From assembly GCA_022711175.1 (NCBI GenBank), contig JAKLFM010000001.1, positions 69,780 to 133,779 on the forward strand: 64,000 nucleotides of DNA, in the 5' to 3' direction. Of the stretch, positions 27,656 through 36,192 are shown piece after piece. Origin of the DNA: Bacteroidota bacterium. GTDB taxonomy: Bacteria; Bacteroidota; Bacteroidia; Bacteroidales; UBA4417. Position 1 is the stretch's first letter. Each line of letters starts with the position of its first letter. The position numbers and the translations under genes are program-made. The notes beneath the pieces were generated by a model that saw only the letters and a list, made by a program, of their open reading frames with translations, made no database searches and was not told the origin of the DNA.

Positions 27656-29025
27656 GAAGCAGGTTTGAAGGAAAAAGTATCGTCATTGCCGGTTTTGGCC
27701 GCGAAGGACGATCAACATACAGGTTCCTGCGCAAATTTTTCCCTGAGCAGGAGTTGCTGATTGCCGATCGCAACACCGGAATTATACATGATGTTGAATT
27801 ACAGAATGATACCAGAGTTAAGATCGTTACCGGTGAAAACTATCTGAAAGAGATCGGAGATTCTGATGTTATCTTTAAAACACCCGGTATTCCTTCGTTT
27901 GCACTGCCGGCCGACATGGATCGGCAGAAAATTACTTCGCAAACCGACCTGTTTCTGCAACTTTTCGGCAGGCAGGCTATTGGAATAACGGGCACCAAAG
28001 GCAAAAGCACAACCTCAAGCCTAATCTATCACATAATTGACTCTGCCGGACAAAAAGCCATATTAGCCGGCAATATCGGCACTCCGCTACTTGATACCGT
28101 AGCCGCAATTACACCCGAAACACTTGTGGTAATGGAGTTATCTTCGCACCAGCTCGAATACCTTTCAAACTCGCCCCATATCGCAATTCTGCTTAACATT
28201 TTTCAGGAGCATCTCGATCATTATGAAAGTTACGAAGATTATCAAAGAGCCAAATTCAACATTGCGAAGTGCCAGAAAGCAGGGGACTATTTCATATATA
28301 ACCGCGAAAGCGAACTGATAACCAAGCATTTAACCCTATGCAACAATTGTAATCATACTGCACTTCCCTACTCGCTAGCGGAATTTCACGGTGATGGTAT
28401 TCACTACCGCGGCAAGAAGGTTTTTCTCACTATTAACGGCAAAGAGCAGCTAATATATGACAACAGTGTCGGGAATAACCTGAGGGGCGATCATAATCTT
28501 TTGAATATTGCTGCGGCATCAGCTGCCTGCATTCTTGCCGGCATCCCGGAGCCGGTGGTAACCAATGCCGTGCGCACATTCAACAGCCTGGAACACAGGA
28601 TTGAATTTGCAGGTACCTATCATGATGTTGAATTTTACAACGACTCCATCGCAACCATTCCCGAAGCGACCATCGAAGCGTTAAAGACGCTCAGGAATGT
28701 GAACACGCTCATACTAGGCGGCTTCGACAGGGGTATTGATTACACCAAAATCTATGATTACCTGTCACATTCGCAGGTTCAGAACATAATTTTTGTGGGA
28801 GAAGCCGGACTGCGCATGAAAAACGAAGCAGAACAGGCCGGTATTACAGGCAAATCGATGTTTATCGCCTCCGATTATTCAGATGTGGTGGATATTGCCT
28901 TCAGGCATACCCGGAAACACTCAATATGCCTGTTGTCGCCTGCTGCTGCCAGTTACGACATGTTCAGAAATTTTGAAGAGCGCGGCAGAACATTCAAGAA
29001 ACTTGTGAGAGGATACAGAGCATAA
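27640..29025 (+). CDS. MurD-like Mur ligase (UDP-N-acetylmuramoyl-L-alanine--glutamate ligase family)
   Basis: The N-terminal Rossmann motif is VIAGFGREGRS. GITGTKGKSTTS, LEHRIEF and NDSIAT follow. The gene is not in a dcw context. Confidence 0.8.
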   Translation: MQDLVRSRFEGKSIVIAGFGREGRSTYRFLRKFFPEQELLIADRNTGIIHDVELQNDTRVKIVTGENYLKEIGDSDVIFKTPGIPSFALPADMDRQKITSQTDLFLQLFGRQAIGITGTKGKSTTSSLIYHIIDSAGQKAILAGNIGTPLLDTVAAITPETLVVMELSSHQLEYLSNSPHIAILLNIFQEHLDHYESYEDYQRAKFNIAKCQKAGDYFIYNRESELITKHLTLCNNCNHTALPYSLAEFHGDGIHYRGKKVFLTINGKEQLIYDNSVGNNLRGDHNLLNIAAASAACILAGIPEPVVTNAVRTFNSLEHRIEFAGTYHDVEFYNDSIATIPEATIEALKTLRNVNTLILGGFDRGIDYTKIYDYLSHSQVQNIIFVGEAGLRMKNEAEQAGITGKSMFIASDYSDVVDIAFRHTRKHSICLLSPAAASYDMFRNFEERGRTFKKLVRGYRA

Positions 29026-29057
29026 AAAAAAAAAACCGGCCATTGCCGGTTTTTTTA
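29024..29057. terminator. Bidirectional intrinsic terminator between convergent genes
   Basis: An A12 run is followed by ACCGGC-CATT-GCCGGT and then T7. Confidence 0.8.
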
Positions 29058-29083
29058 ACTTCTTAATCATAAGTGAGTTACGG

Positions 29084-29407
29084 TTATTCGGCGCCTTCGG
29101 CAGGAGCATCTTTAGCCTTTTTTGGTGATGCTTTTTTGGTAACTTTCTTCTCGGCTTCAGGTTCGGCCGGCACCGGAGTTTCTGCCTTTTTGGGCTTTGC
29201 TTTTGCCGGCTTTTCAACCGGGGTTGCAACAACCTCCGGTTTCACAACTTCTTCAGCTACAGCTGCTTTCTTAACTTTTTCAACTTTCTCCTTCATAGGG
29301 GCTTCCTGCTTAGCTGCAACGAATGTCGTCTTTTTTGGACGCCTGCGTTTACCAAACGTACCAATATGAATTTTACCGCGGCGCGATTTTTTATCTCCTT
29401 TTCCCAT
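29084..29407 (-). CDS. Ribosomal protein bTHX homologue with a long K/A/P/E-rich C-terminal extension
   Basis: The N-terminus MGKGDKKSRRGKIHIGTFGKRRRPKK closely resembles Thermus Thx, [25 protein letters not shown] (from memory). About 80 aa of low-complexity tail follow. Confidence 0.7.
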   Translation of the reverse strand: MGKGDKKSRRGKIHIGTFGKRRRPKKTTFVAAKQEAPMKEKVEKVKKAAVAEEVVKPEVVATPVEKPAKAKPKKAETPVPAEPEAEKKVTKKASPKKAKDAPAEGAE

Positions 29408-29464
29408 AGTAAAATGAATTAATTATCAGGTTTGTAAAGGTATGAAATTGTTTGTTTACTTATC

Positions 29465-30175
29465 TTATTTTGCATTTTTTTCAATCAGCTCAAAAAACTT
29501 CTTTTCGATAAGACTGCTGTCCCTGATCGAATATCGCATCCAATCAAGCTGTACATCAACTCTTTCCTCTTCGGTCAGATGCCATCCAATCGATGAATGT
29601 CGCATCTTTTCCGACAGGTGAAAAAGGCTTAATGCTGCCGATACCGATATATTAAAACTTTCGGTAAATCCGTACATCGGAATTTTCACAAATTCATCGG
29701 CAAGGTTTTTTGCCACAGTTGACAGTCCTTCTTTCTCCGTACCGAACACAAGGGCAAACTTCCCCGCCTCAATATCAAAATCGGTGAGCAAAGTATCGTT
29801 GGCATAAGGCGTTGTGGCAACAATCCGGTATCCTTCCTGCTTAAGCATCTCTAAACACCCGGTGGTATTATCGCTGCCCGTGTTGTACCTCTTTATTGAG
29901 AGCCAGTTTGATGAGCCAAGGGCAACATCCGGGTTGAGATTATACTCATACCGGTTTTCGATAATGTGCACATCCTGAATACCGAAACAATCGCAGGTAC
30001 GCAGCACCGCACTGGCGTTATGAGGCTGGTAAATATCTTCGAGCACAACGGTGATATATCGGGTACGGTGCTTGATGATTCTATCGAATAATCTATTGCG
30101 GTCATCCGTCATGAAGCCTGATAAATAGGCGGCCAATGCTTTTTTAATATCGAGGCTGGCAGCGCTGTTACTCAT
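29465..30175 (-). CDS. SpoU/TrmH-family RNA 2'-O-methyltransferase
   Basis: HNASAVLRTCDCFG, FGTEKEGLS and a C-terminal SPOUT knot pattern (IPMYGFTESFNISVSAA) are present. Confidence 0.8.
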   Translation of the reverse strand: MSNSAASLDIKKALAAYLSGFMTDDRNRLFDRIIKHRTRYITVVLEDIYQPHNASAVLRTCDCFGIQDVHIIENRYEYNLNPDVALGSSNWLSIKRYNTGSDNTTGCLEMLKQEGYRIVATTPYANDTLLTDFDIEAGKFALVFGTEKEGLSTVAKNLADEFVKIPMYGFTESFNISVSAALSLFHLSEKMRHSSIGWHLTEEERVDVQLDWMRYSIRDSSLIEKKFFELIEKNAK

Positions 30176-31022
30176 AATCGTCGTAACCTGAATTCTTCTC
30201 GACGGTTTTTGTAAACCATTGCTGCAATGTCACCGATTTGCAGAGGTCAGGAGTATAAAACTCATAATCGGGAATGTTTTTCTCTTCGATTAGATTGACC
30301 TGCCACTCGTTTGTGCCGAACTGCGAATACATAATGCGGCGCAATGGATAACCTGTGGAAAGCAGTGCACGATATGGCTCAGCTGTCATAAGTTTGAGGT
30401 CGCCTTCGCGCAGCGACAAGGCTGCCATAAATTCAAAATACTTGTCCCACGAAAAATCAGGTTCAACCTTAATTCCCGGGGCAATCCACACTTCCTCCAC
30501 CCTCAGGCCATTGAGTGAAACCGCATACTTATCGGTTTCGAAGTTTCCAATTTTAAAATCGATTTTAGTATCGTTTATCGTCACTGAATCAGCTGATTGC
30601 GCAGGTACGGTTCCGTGCATCTTCACCCTCTGCATGTATTGTTCGCGCCATGTTGCCCGTTGCTCTTCAGGAACGCTTTCCATCAATTCGTCAAGCCGCT
30701 GTTTCATCAACGACCTTTTATAATCCAGGTAGGCTCCGAGTGTGGTTTTGCAATATGTAAGTCTATCGATATTGATAAGAATGAGTCCGTTGGTTTTCAA
30801 ATCGAATATGTAGATATAATCATGCATTTCGTATTTAACTTTATTATTTTCGATAAAAAAACGCTGTGGCATAACCCTACCGTCAATGTCAATATACTGC
30901 CCTGTCAGTACCCATCCGGCAAATGCCCGTTCGGTTAAGCCAGGGAGTATAAAAAAGGCTGCGAGCAACAAAATGAGTTTGCCCAGTTTTTTAAGTCTTG
31001 AATTCTTTGAGAATAAAAGCAT
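30168..31022 (-). CDS. Hypothetical secreted protein
   Basis: The internal start MLLFSKNSRLKKLGKLILLLAAFFILPG gives a signal peptide. The longer ORF (to 31337) overlaps the divergent TPR gene. The stop overlaps the trmH-like start by 8 nt. Confidence 0.55.
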   Translation of the reverse strand: MLLFSKNSRLKKLGKLILLLAAFFILPGLTERAFAGWVLTGQYIDIDGRVMPQRFFIENNKVKYEMHDYIYIFDLKTNGLILINIDRLTYCKTTLGAYLDYKRSLMKQRLDELMESVPEEQRATWREQYMQRVKMHGTVPAQSADSVTINDTKIDFKIGNFETDKYAVSLNGLRVEEVWIAPGIKVEPDFSWDKYFEFMAALSLREGDLKLMTAEPYRALLSTGYPLRRIMYSQFGTNEWQVNLIEEKNIPDYEFYTPDLCKSVTLQQWFTKTVEKNSGYDDYE

Positions 31023-31127
31023 TTCAGGAAATGTTAGGAACGGAGTGTAAAGTGTTGGTAAAAAAACGGATTTGGTTTTCCTGATTCGTGAAAAAAGCCT
31101 ACTTTTGCGCCTCAAAATTAAAAAATT

Positions 31128-31817
31128 ATGGCAAAAAAGAGTGATAACACCGAGGAAACCATTCATGTAGTTGAGGATGCACTGAGCAAATCGGAACAAT
31201 TTATTGAAAAGAACCAGAAAATAATCACCATTGTGATTGGAGCGCTTATCGTTATTGCGCTTGCCATTTTCGCTTACCGCACACTTTACCTTGCTCCCCG
31301 TGAAAAAGAATCGCAGGCTCAGATGTTTGCGGCACAAAAATACTTTGAACAGGATTCGCTTGCCAAAGCACTCAACGGCGATGGCAATAACCCGGGATTT
31401 CTTGATATTATTGATGATTTCGGTGGCACCAAAGCTTCAAACCTTTCAAAATACTATGCAGGAATTATCTATCTGAAACAGGGCAAATACGAAGATGCTA
31501 TCAATTATCTCAAGAAATTCAAAAGCGACGACGAGTTTGTAGGTTCGATGGCACTTGGAGGAATTGCCGATGCATATATGGAACTCGGAGAAAAAGACAA
31601 TGCACTGGATTACTACCTGAAAGCCGCCAATAACAAGGATAACGAACTTACAACTCCTTTGTACCTGATGCGTGCTGCGTGGACATATGAAGAACTTGGC
31701 AAGTTTGATAAAGCAGTTGAACTTTATAAAAAAATACAAACCGGTTATTACAGAAGTAACGAAGCCCGCGACATAGAGAAATACATTGAACGCGCTTCGG
31801 CACAGGTGAAGAAATAA
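31128..31817 (+). CDS. Membrane-anchored tetratricopeptide-repeat protein (YfgM-like architecture)
   Basis: An N-terminal TM segment (IITIVIGALIVIALAIFAY) is followed by TPR-like helices. Confidence 0.65.
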   Translation: MAKKSDNTEETIHVVEDALSKSEQFIEKNQKIITIVIGALIVIALAIFAYRTLYLAPREKESQAQMFAAQKYFEQDSLAKALNGDGNNPGFLDIIDDFGGTKASNLSKYYAGIIYLKQGKYEDAINYLKKFKSDDEFVGSMALGGIADAYMELGEKDNALDYYLKAANNKDNELTTPLYLMRAAWTYEELGKFDKAVELYKKIQTGYYRSNEARDIEKYIERASAQVKK

Positions 31818-31840
31818 TTTTCAGATTACTTTTCCGGACA

Positions 31841-31875
31841 AAATACCTGGATTCGCATTCAGGTATTTTTTATTT
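31841..31875 (+). terminator. Intrinsic terminator candidate
   Basis: AAATACCTG-10 nt-CAGGTATTT is followed by TTTTATTTT. Confidence 0.65.
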
Positions 31876-31893
31876 TAGCTGATCGCAACACTA

Positions 31894-32874
31894 ATGGGTA
31901 ATATAATTCGCATTGTTTATATGGGCACGCCGCAATTCGCCGTTGCGCCCCTTAAAGCCATACTTGAAAAAGGATATGAAGTGGCTGCAGTGGTTACTTC
32001 ACCCGATAAGCCTGCCGGGCGTGGCCTCAAAATGCATCAATCACCGGTTAAAGAGTTTGCCCTGGCTCACCAATTGCCGGTTATACAGCCTGTGAGCCTC
32101 AAAGATCCTGCGTTTATTGAAGATCTTAAAAGCTATCAGGCGACATTACAGATCGTCGTCGCCTTTCGCATGCTGCCGGAGATAGTTTGGCAGATGCCTG
32201 TTCTCGGCACTTTCAACCTGCATGCTTCGCTGCTGCCTCAATATCGTGGCGCTGCCCCTATAAACCACGCCATTATTAACGGTGAAACCGAAACAGGTCT
32301 CACCACTTTTATGCTCAGGCATGAAATTGACACCGGGGGCATATTGTTTTCGGAAAAACATACGATATTTCCGGATGATACAGCCGGCGATCTTCACGAC
32401 AGGCTGATGGAGGCCGGCGCCAGGCTTGTTGTGTGCACCATCCAGGCAATTGAAGAGGGAAACATCAGGCCAACTGACCAGCCGGATGACAAAGAAACAG
32501 GCTTGATGCTCAAGCCCGCACCTAAGATTCACAAAGAGGACTGCCATATTAACTGGAATAAACAGGCAACCGTAATACGTAACCTCGTAAGGGGACTTTC
32601 GCCGGTTCCCGGAGCTTTCACAATGATAAAGCCTTTAACAGGAGAGCCTCTCCTGTTGAAAATTTTTTCTGCTCATATTGAACCCTTTGAAAAACACTCA
32701 GAAACAGGAACCATTGACACTGATTCGGTAAAAAACATTCGCATAGCCTCTGCCGATGGTTGGATAGTTGCTGATGATCTGCAATTGCAAGGCAAAAAAC
32801 GCATGAAAACAGAGGAATTACTCAGGGGTTTCAGGATTGACAACAGCTGGAAAACCTGCGATTTTACTGAATAA
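31894..32874 (+). CDS. fmt: Methionyl-tRNA formyltransferase
   Basis: RIVYMGTPQFAV, the NLHASLLPQYRGAAPI (HxSLLPxxRG) motif and a C-terminal Fmt domain are present. Confidence 0.92.
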   Translation: MGNIIRIVYMGTPQFAVAPLKAILEKGYEVAAVVTSPDKPAGRGLKMHQSPVKEFALAHQLPVIQPVSLKDPAFIEDLKSYQATLQIVVAFRMLPEIVWQMPVLGTFNLHASLLPQYRGAAPINHAIINGETETGLTTFMLRHEIDTGGILFSEKHTIFPDDTAGDLHDRLMEAGARLVVCTIQAIEEGNIRPTDQPDDKETGLMLKPAPKIHKEDCHINWNKQATVIRNLVRGLSPVPGAFTMIKPLTGEPLLLKIFSAHIEPFEKHSETGTIDTDSVKNIRIASADGWIVADDLQLQGKKRMKTEELLRGFRIDNSWKTCDFTE

Positions 32875-32994
32875 ACTGAGTGAGTACAGGCACAAAGCAG
32901 CGCAAAATAAGGGTATTTATTAACAAACATGTTAGTTTATCAACAAATTCAAGGGTTTCACGAAACAAAATATACAAAACGCTTGTTTTTAGTA

Positions 32995-33002
32995 TATCTT
33001 TG
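32995..33002 (+). promoter_or_regulatory. Bacteroidota-type -7 promoter box (TAnnTTTG) upstream of the HU gene
   Basis: TATCTTTG lies about 47 nt upstream of the HU start codon. Confidence 0.35.
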
Positions 33003-33048
33003 TTAGTACTAAAAGTTTAATCCAATTATTCATTAAAACCTCTGAAAG

Positions 33049-33321
33049 ATGAACAAAGCAGAATTAATCGAAGCAATGGCCGGAGAAGCCGGAATGACCA
33101 AAGCCGATGCAAAAAGGGCATTGGATGCTTTTCTTGCTGCAACAAACAAGGCCCTGAAAAAAGGTGACAGGGTAGCACTCGTTGGATTCGGTTCTTTCTC
33201 GGTAGCAAAACGTGCTGCCCGCAAAGGACGCAATCCTCAGACAGGTAAAGAAATCAAGATCGCTGCTAAGAAAGTTGTGAAATTCAAAGCTGGCGCTGAT
33301 CTTGCCAAAACGATCAAATAA
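33049..33321 (+). CDS. hup: HU-family DNA-binding protein
   Basis: [11 protein letters not shown]...[26 protein letters not shown] is the canonical HU arm. Confidence 0.95.
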   Translation: MNKAELIEAMAGEAGMTKADAKRALDAFLAATNKALKKGDRVALVGFGSFSVAKRAARKGRNPQTGKEIKIAAKKVVKFKAGADLAKTIK

Positions 33322-33340
33322 TTATTTTTTTTGACCGGAA

Positions 33341-33377
33341 AAAGAGGCTGTCTCCCAAGGGGCGGCCTCTTTTTTTA
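33341..33377 (+). terminator. Intrinsic terminator
   Basis: AGAGGC...GCCTCT forms a GC-rich hairpin followed by T7. Confidence 0.75.
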
Positions 33378-33449
33378 ATTACAGAAAACCACACCGACTA
33401 TCAGCCTGTTTCAATTCGATTACCTTTGTACTAAATTAACTCATGTGTT

Positions 33450-34547
33450 ATGAACTTTAAAATAATATTACTCGCATCGTGCCTCGTGCTCTCCCAGGCG
33501 GTTATTACAGCCGGCCCTGTCAAAGAAGTTAAAAGCAAAGGTAAAGCCCCTAAAAACATCATCCTGATGATTGGCGACGGAATGGGGACCGCACAATTGT
33601 ATGCCGGTATCACTGCCCTGCGCGACAATACCAACATTGAGCGGTGTCCTGTTTCAGGATTTGTTAAAACCTTATCTGCTGACGATTATATTACCGATTC
33701 GGCTGCCGGAGCTACCGCTTATGCAACCGGTTATAAAACCAACAACGGTTACCTCAGCGTAACTCCCGATGGCATTGCAAAAGAAACCATCCTCGAAATG
33801 GCCGAAAAAAAAGGCCTGTCAACAGGAATGGTCACAACTTGCGCCATTACACATGCCACCCCTGCCGCATTTGTCTCGCATGTTAACAGCCGTGGCAGTT
33901 ACGAAGATATTGCCGCTCAATTCCTTAAAACCGATATCGATGTTTTTATTGGCGGAGGATGGAGCCATTTTACCAAAAGAGCCGATGGGCGCAACCTGGC
34001 CGACAGCCTGCTGAAACATAATTATGTTGTGGCGCGAACTATGGATGAAGTAATGAATGCAGGCTCGGGAAAACTTGCCGGATTGCTTGCCGACGAACAC
34101 CCGGCACGGTTCTCAGCAGGCAGGGGCGATATGCTTCCAAAGTCAACAGCAAAAGCACTCGAAATACTATCGGCAAATAAGAAAGGTTTCTTTCTGATGG
34201 TCGAAGGTTCGCAAATTGATTGGGGCGGCCATGGCAACGACCTTAATTATGTCGTTGAAGAGGTGGTCGATTTCGATCATGCCATTGGCAAAGCAATTGA
34301 TTTTGCTGCTAAAGACGGCGAAACACTCGTTATCATCACTGCCGATCACGAAACAGGCGGCATGGCAATTACAGGCGGCGATATGAAACAGGGTAAAGTA
34401 GAAGCGCGGTTTACCTATGGCGACCATTCGGCTGTTATGGTTCCGCTGTTTGCATTCGGGCCGGGAGCCGAAAAATTCTCGGGATTGCAGGACAACACCG
34501 ACGTATTTAAGAAATGTGTTGAATTGCAGCATCTTAACTCAAAGTAA
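33450..34547 (+). CDS. Secreted alkaline phosphatase (PhoA family)
   Basis: A signal peptide is present, with MIGDGMG, TDSAAGATAYATG and DHETGG. Confidence 0.9.
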   Translation: MNFKIILLASCLVLSQAVITAGPVKEVKSKGKAPKNIILMIGDGMGTAQLYAGITALRDNTNIERCPVSGFVKTLSADDYITDSAAGATAYATGYKTNNGYLSVTPDGIAKETILEMAEKKGLSTGMVTTCAITHATPAAFVSHVNSRGSYEDIAAQFLKTDIDVFIGGGWSHFTKRADGRNLADSLLKHNYVVARTMDEVMNAGSGKLAGLLADEHPARFSAGRGDMLPKSTAKALEILSANKKGFFLMVEGSQIDWGGHGNDLNYVVEEVVDFDHAIGKAIDFAAKDGETLVIITADHETGGMAITGGDMKQGKVEARFTYGDHSAVMVPLFAFGPGAEKFSGLQDNTDVFKKCVELQHLNSK

Positions 34548-34579
34548 CTTTCAATTACACGATACTTCCTGCCTGAAAC

Positions 34580-35263
34580 ATGAAACTATTGGTAGTATCA
34601 GCGACTAGGATCGAGGTTGAGGAGTTTGTTCGCAGCTTAGGCCAGCCCATATCTCACAGCCATAACCATATCCGTTTCGGCGGAAGTAACCTTGATACAG
34701 AAATCATTATCACCGGTGTGGGTATGGTAGCCACCAGCTATCAACTGGGAAGACTGTTTGCTGTAAATCACTACGACCTTGCCATTAACGCTGGCATCTG
34801 CGGCAGTTTTGAACGTAGTCTGGCGATTGGGCGGGTGGTTCAGGTTGTTGCTGATTCCTTTGGCGATTTGGGCGCCGAGGATAACGATAAATGGATACCG
34901 GTATCGGAACTTGTAGCAGCACAAAAAACCGGTGATCAGGAAATAATTGCTGACGCCGGGCAATATAATGATTTGGTTACCAGCCTGCTGCCTGTAAAAG
35001 GAGTTACCGTTAATACAGTTCATGGTAACACCGCAAGTATTGAACGGTTCCGCATGCATACCGACGCCGGAACAGAGACAATGGAAGGAGCGGCATTCAT
35101 GTATGCATGTAAGATAGCCGGCCTGAAGTTCATGCAGATAAGAAGCATATCGAACTATGTTGAGCCGCGCGACACTTCTAAATGGAATATTTCACTGGCC
35201 ATCAGTAATTTAAATAACGAATTACAAAAAATCCATACAACATTGAAAACACATGCCGTCTGA
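34580..35263 (+). CDS. mqnB: Futalosine hydrolase (nucleosidase)
   Basis: The protein shows a PNP/UDP phosphorylase fold pattern (MKLLVVSATRIE, GVGMV, TMEGAA). It is adjacent to mqnD. Confidence 0.75.
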   Translation: MKLLVVSATRIEVEEFVRSLGQPISHSHNHIRFGGSNLDTEIIITGVGMVATSYQLGRLFAVNHYDLAINAGICGSFERSLAIGRVVQVVADSFGDLGAEDNDKWIPVSELVAAQKTGDQEIIADAGQYNDLVTSLLPVKGVTVNTVHGNTASIERFRMHTDAGTETMEGAAFMYACKIAGLKFMQIRSISNYVEPRDTSKWNISLAISNLNNELQKIHTTLKTHAV

Positions 35264-35288
35264 ACGATTCCATCTGACTGCCAGTAAT

Positions 35289-35322
35289 TTGAAACTTGAA
35301 ACTTCAAACATTAAACACCCCA
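35289..35322 (+). repeat. Start-codon-proximal heptad tract TTGAAAC TTGAAAC TTCAAAC ATTAAAC
   Basis: The tract was seen directly and ends at the mqnD ATG (35323). Confidence 0.6.
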
Positions 35323-36150
35323 ATGCAGCTGACCCTTGGTTTTTCACCCTGCCCGAACGATACCTTCATTTTCGATGCACTGGTGCACCAAAAAGTTGAT
35401 GCCGAGGGACTTACATTCAATTATTTACTTGCCGATGTCGAAGAACTTAACCAAAAAGCATTTAATAGTGAATTGGATGTCACCAAAGTAAGCTTCAACG
35501 CTTTTTTGTCGCTTACCAATCGCTATCAGTTACTTGATGCCGGTTCGGCTCTTGGTTACGGCGCCGGCCCTCTCGTTATTAGCAAACATGAACTAAAGCT
35601 CTCCGATCTCCCGGAATGCAGTATTGCAATACCCGGATTCAATACAACCGCAAACCTGTTGCTCTCTATTGCAATTCCCGAAGCAAAAAACAGAACGGCT
35701 ATCCTCTTCTCATCCATTGAGCAGGCAGTAGCGGATGGAAAATTCGATGCAGGGCTTATTATTCACGAAAGCCGGTTTACCTACGAACAGAAAGGACTCA
35801 GAAAAATCGCTGACCTGGGAGAATTCTGGGAAAGCATTACCGGAAGCCCAATACCTCTCGGCGGAATAGTGGCAAGGCGTGAATTTCATCCTGATATACA
35901 TGCCAAACTTAACAGAGCTATACGTCGCAGTATCGAGTATGCATTTGCGCATCATGATGAACCAAGCGACTTTGTGCGATGCAATGCCCGTGAGATGAAC
36001 GATGAAGTTATGAAGAAACATATCAGCCTCTATGTCAACGATTTTTCGTTGTCGCTGGGCACACGGGGGCGCAAGGCAGTAGATACTCTTTTTGAAATGG
36101 CTATAAAATGCGGTGTGATCAGTAGTATTCCTGATTCGATTTATGCATAA
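35323..36150 (+). CDS. mqnD: 1,4-dihydroxy-6-naphthoate synthase
   Basis: LGFSPCPNDTFIFDALVH is a typical MqnD N-terminus. I use ATG 35323 because the ORF-track TTG start lies inside a repeat tract. Confidence 0.85.
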   Translation: MQLTLGFSPCPNDTFIFDALVHQKVDAEGLTFNYLLADVEELNQKAFNSELDVTKVSFNAFLSLTNRYQLLDAGSALGYGAGPLVISKHELKLSDLPECSIAIPGFNTTANLLLSIAIPEAKNRTAILFSSIEQAVADGKFDAGLIIHESRFTYEQKGLRKIADLGEFWESITGSPIPLGGIVARREFHPDIHAKLNRAIRRSIEYAFAHHDEPSDFVRCNAREMNDEVMKKHISLYVNDFSLSLGTRGRKAVDTLFEMAIKCGVISSIPDSIYA

Positions 36151-36192
36151 TTTCATTGCTTAATCGTTACTTTTACACCCTGATTACGATAA

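Noticed and set aside
29073-29369. A 98-aa plus-strand ORF is rich in Ala/Gly/Phe/Ser.
   Set aside because: It is the antisense reading of the low-complexity K/A/P/E tail of the bTHX gene and has no independent support.
31023-31337. N-terminal extensions appear on several ORF-track entries. They include 31023-31337, 19885-20025, 51079-51243, 23931-24068, 39297-39449, 42374-42448 and 40557-40634.
   Set aside because: The extensions overlap neighbouring genes or repeat elements. They also precede an internal Met that starts a clean signal peptide or the canonical family N-terminus. I chose the shorter starts.
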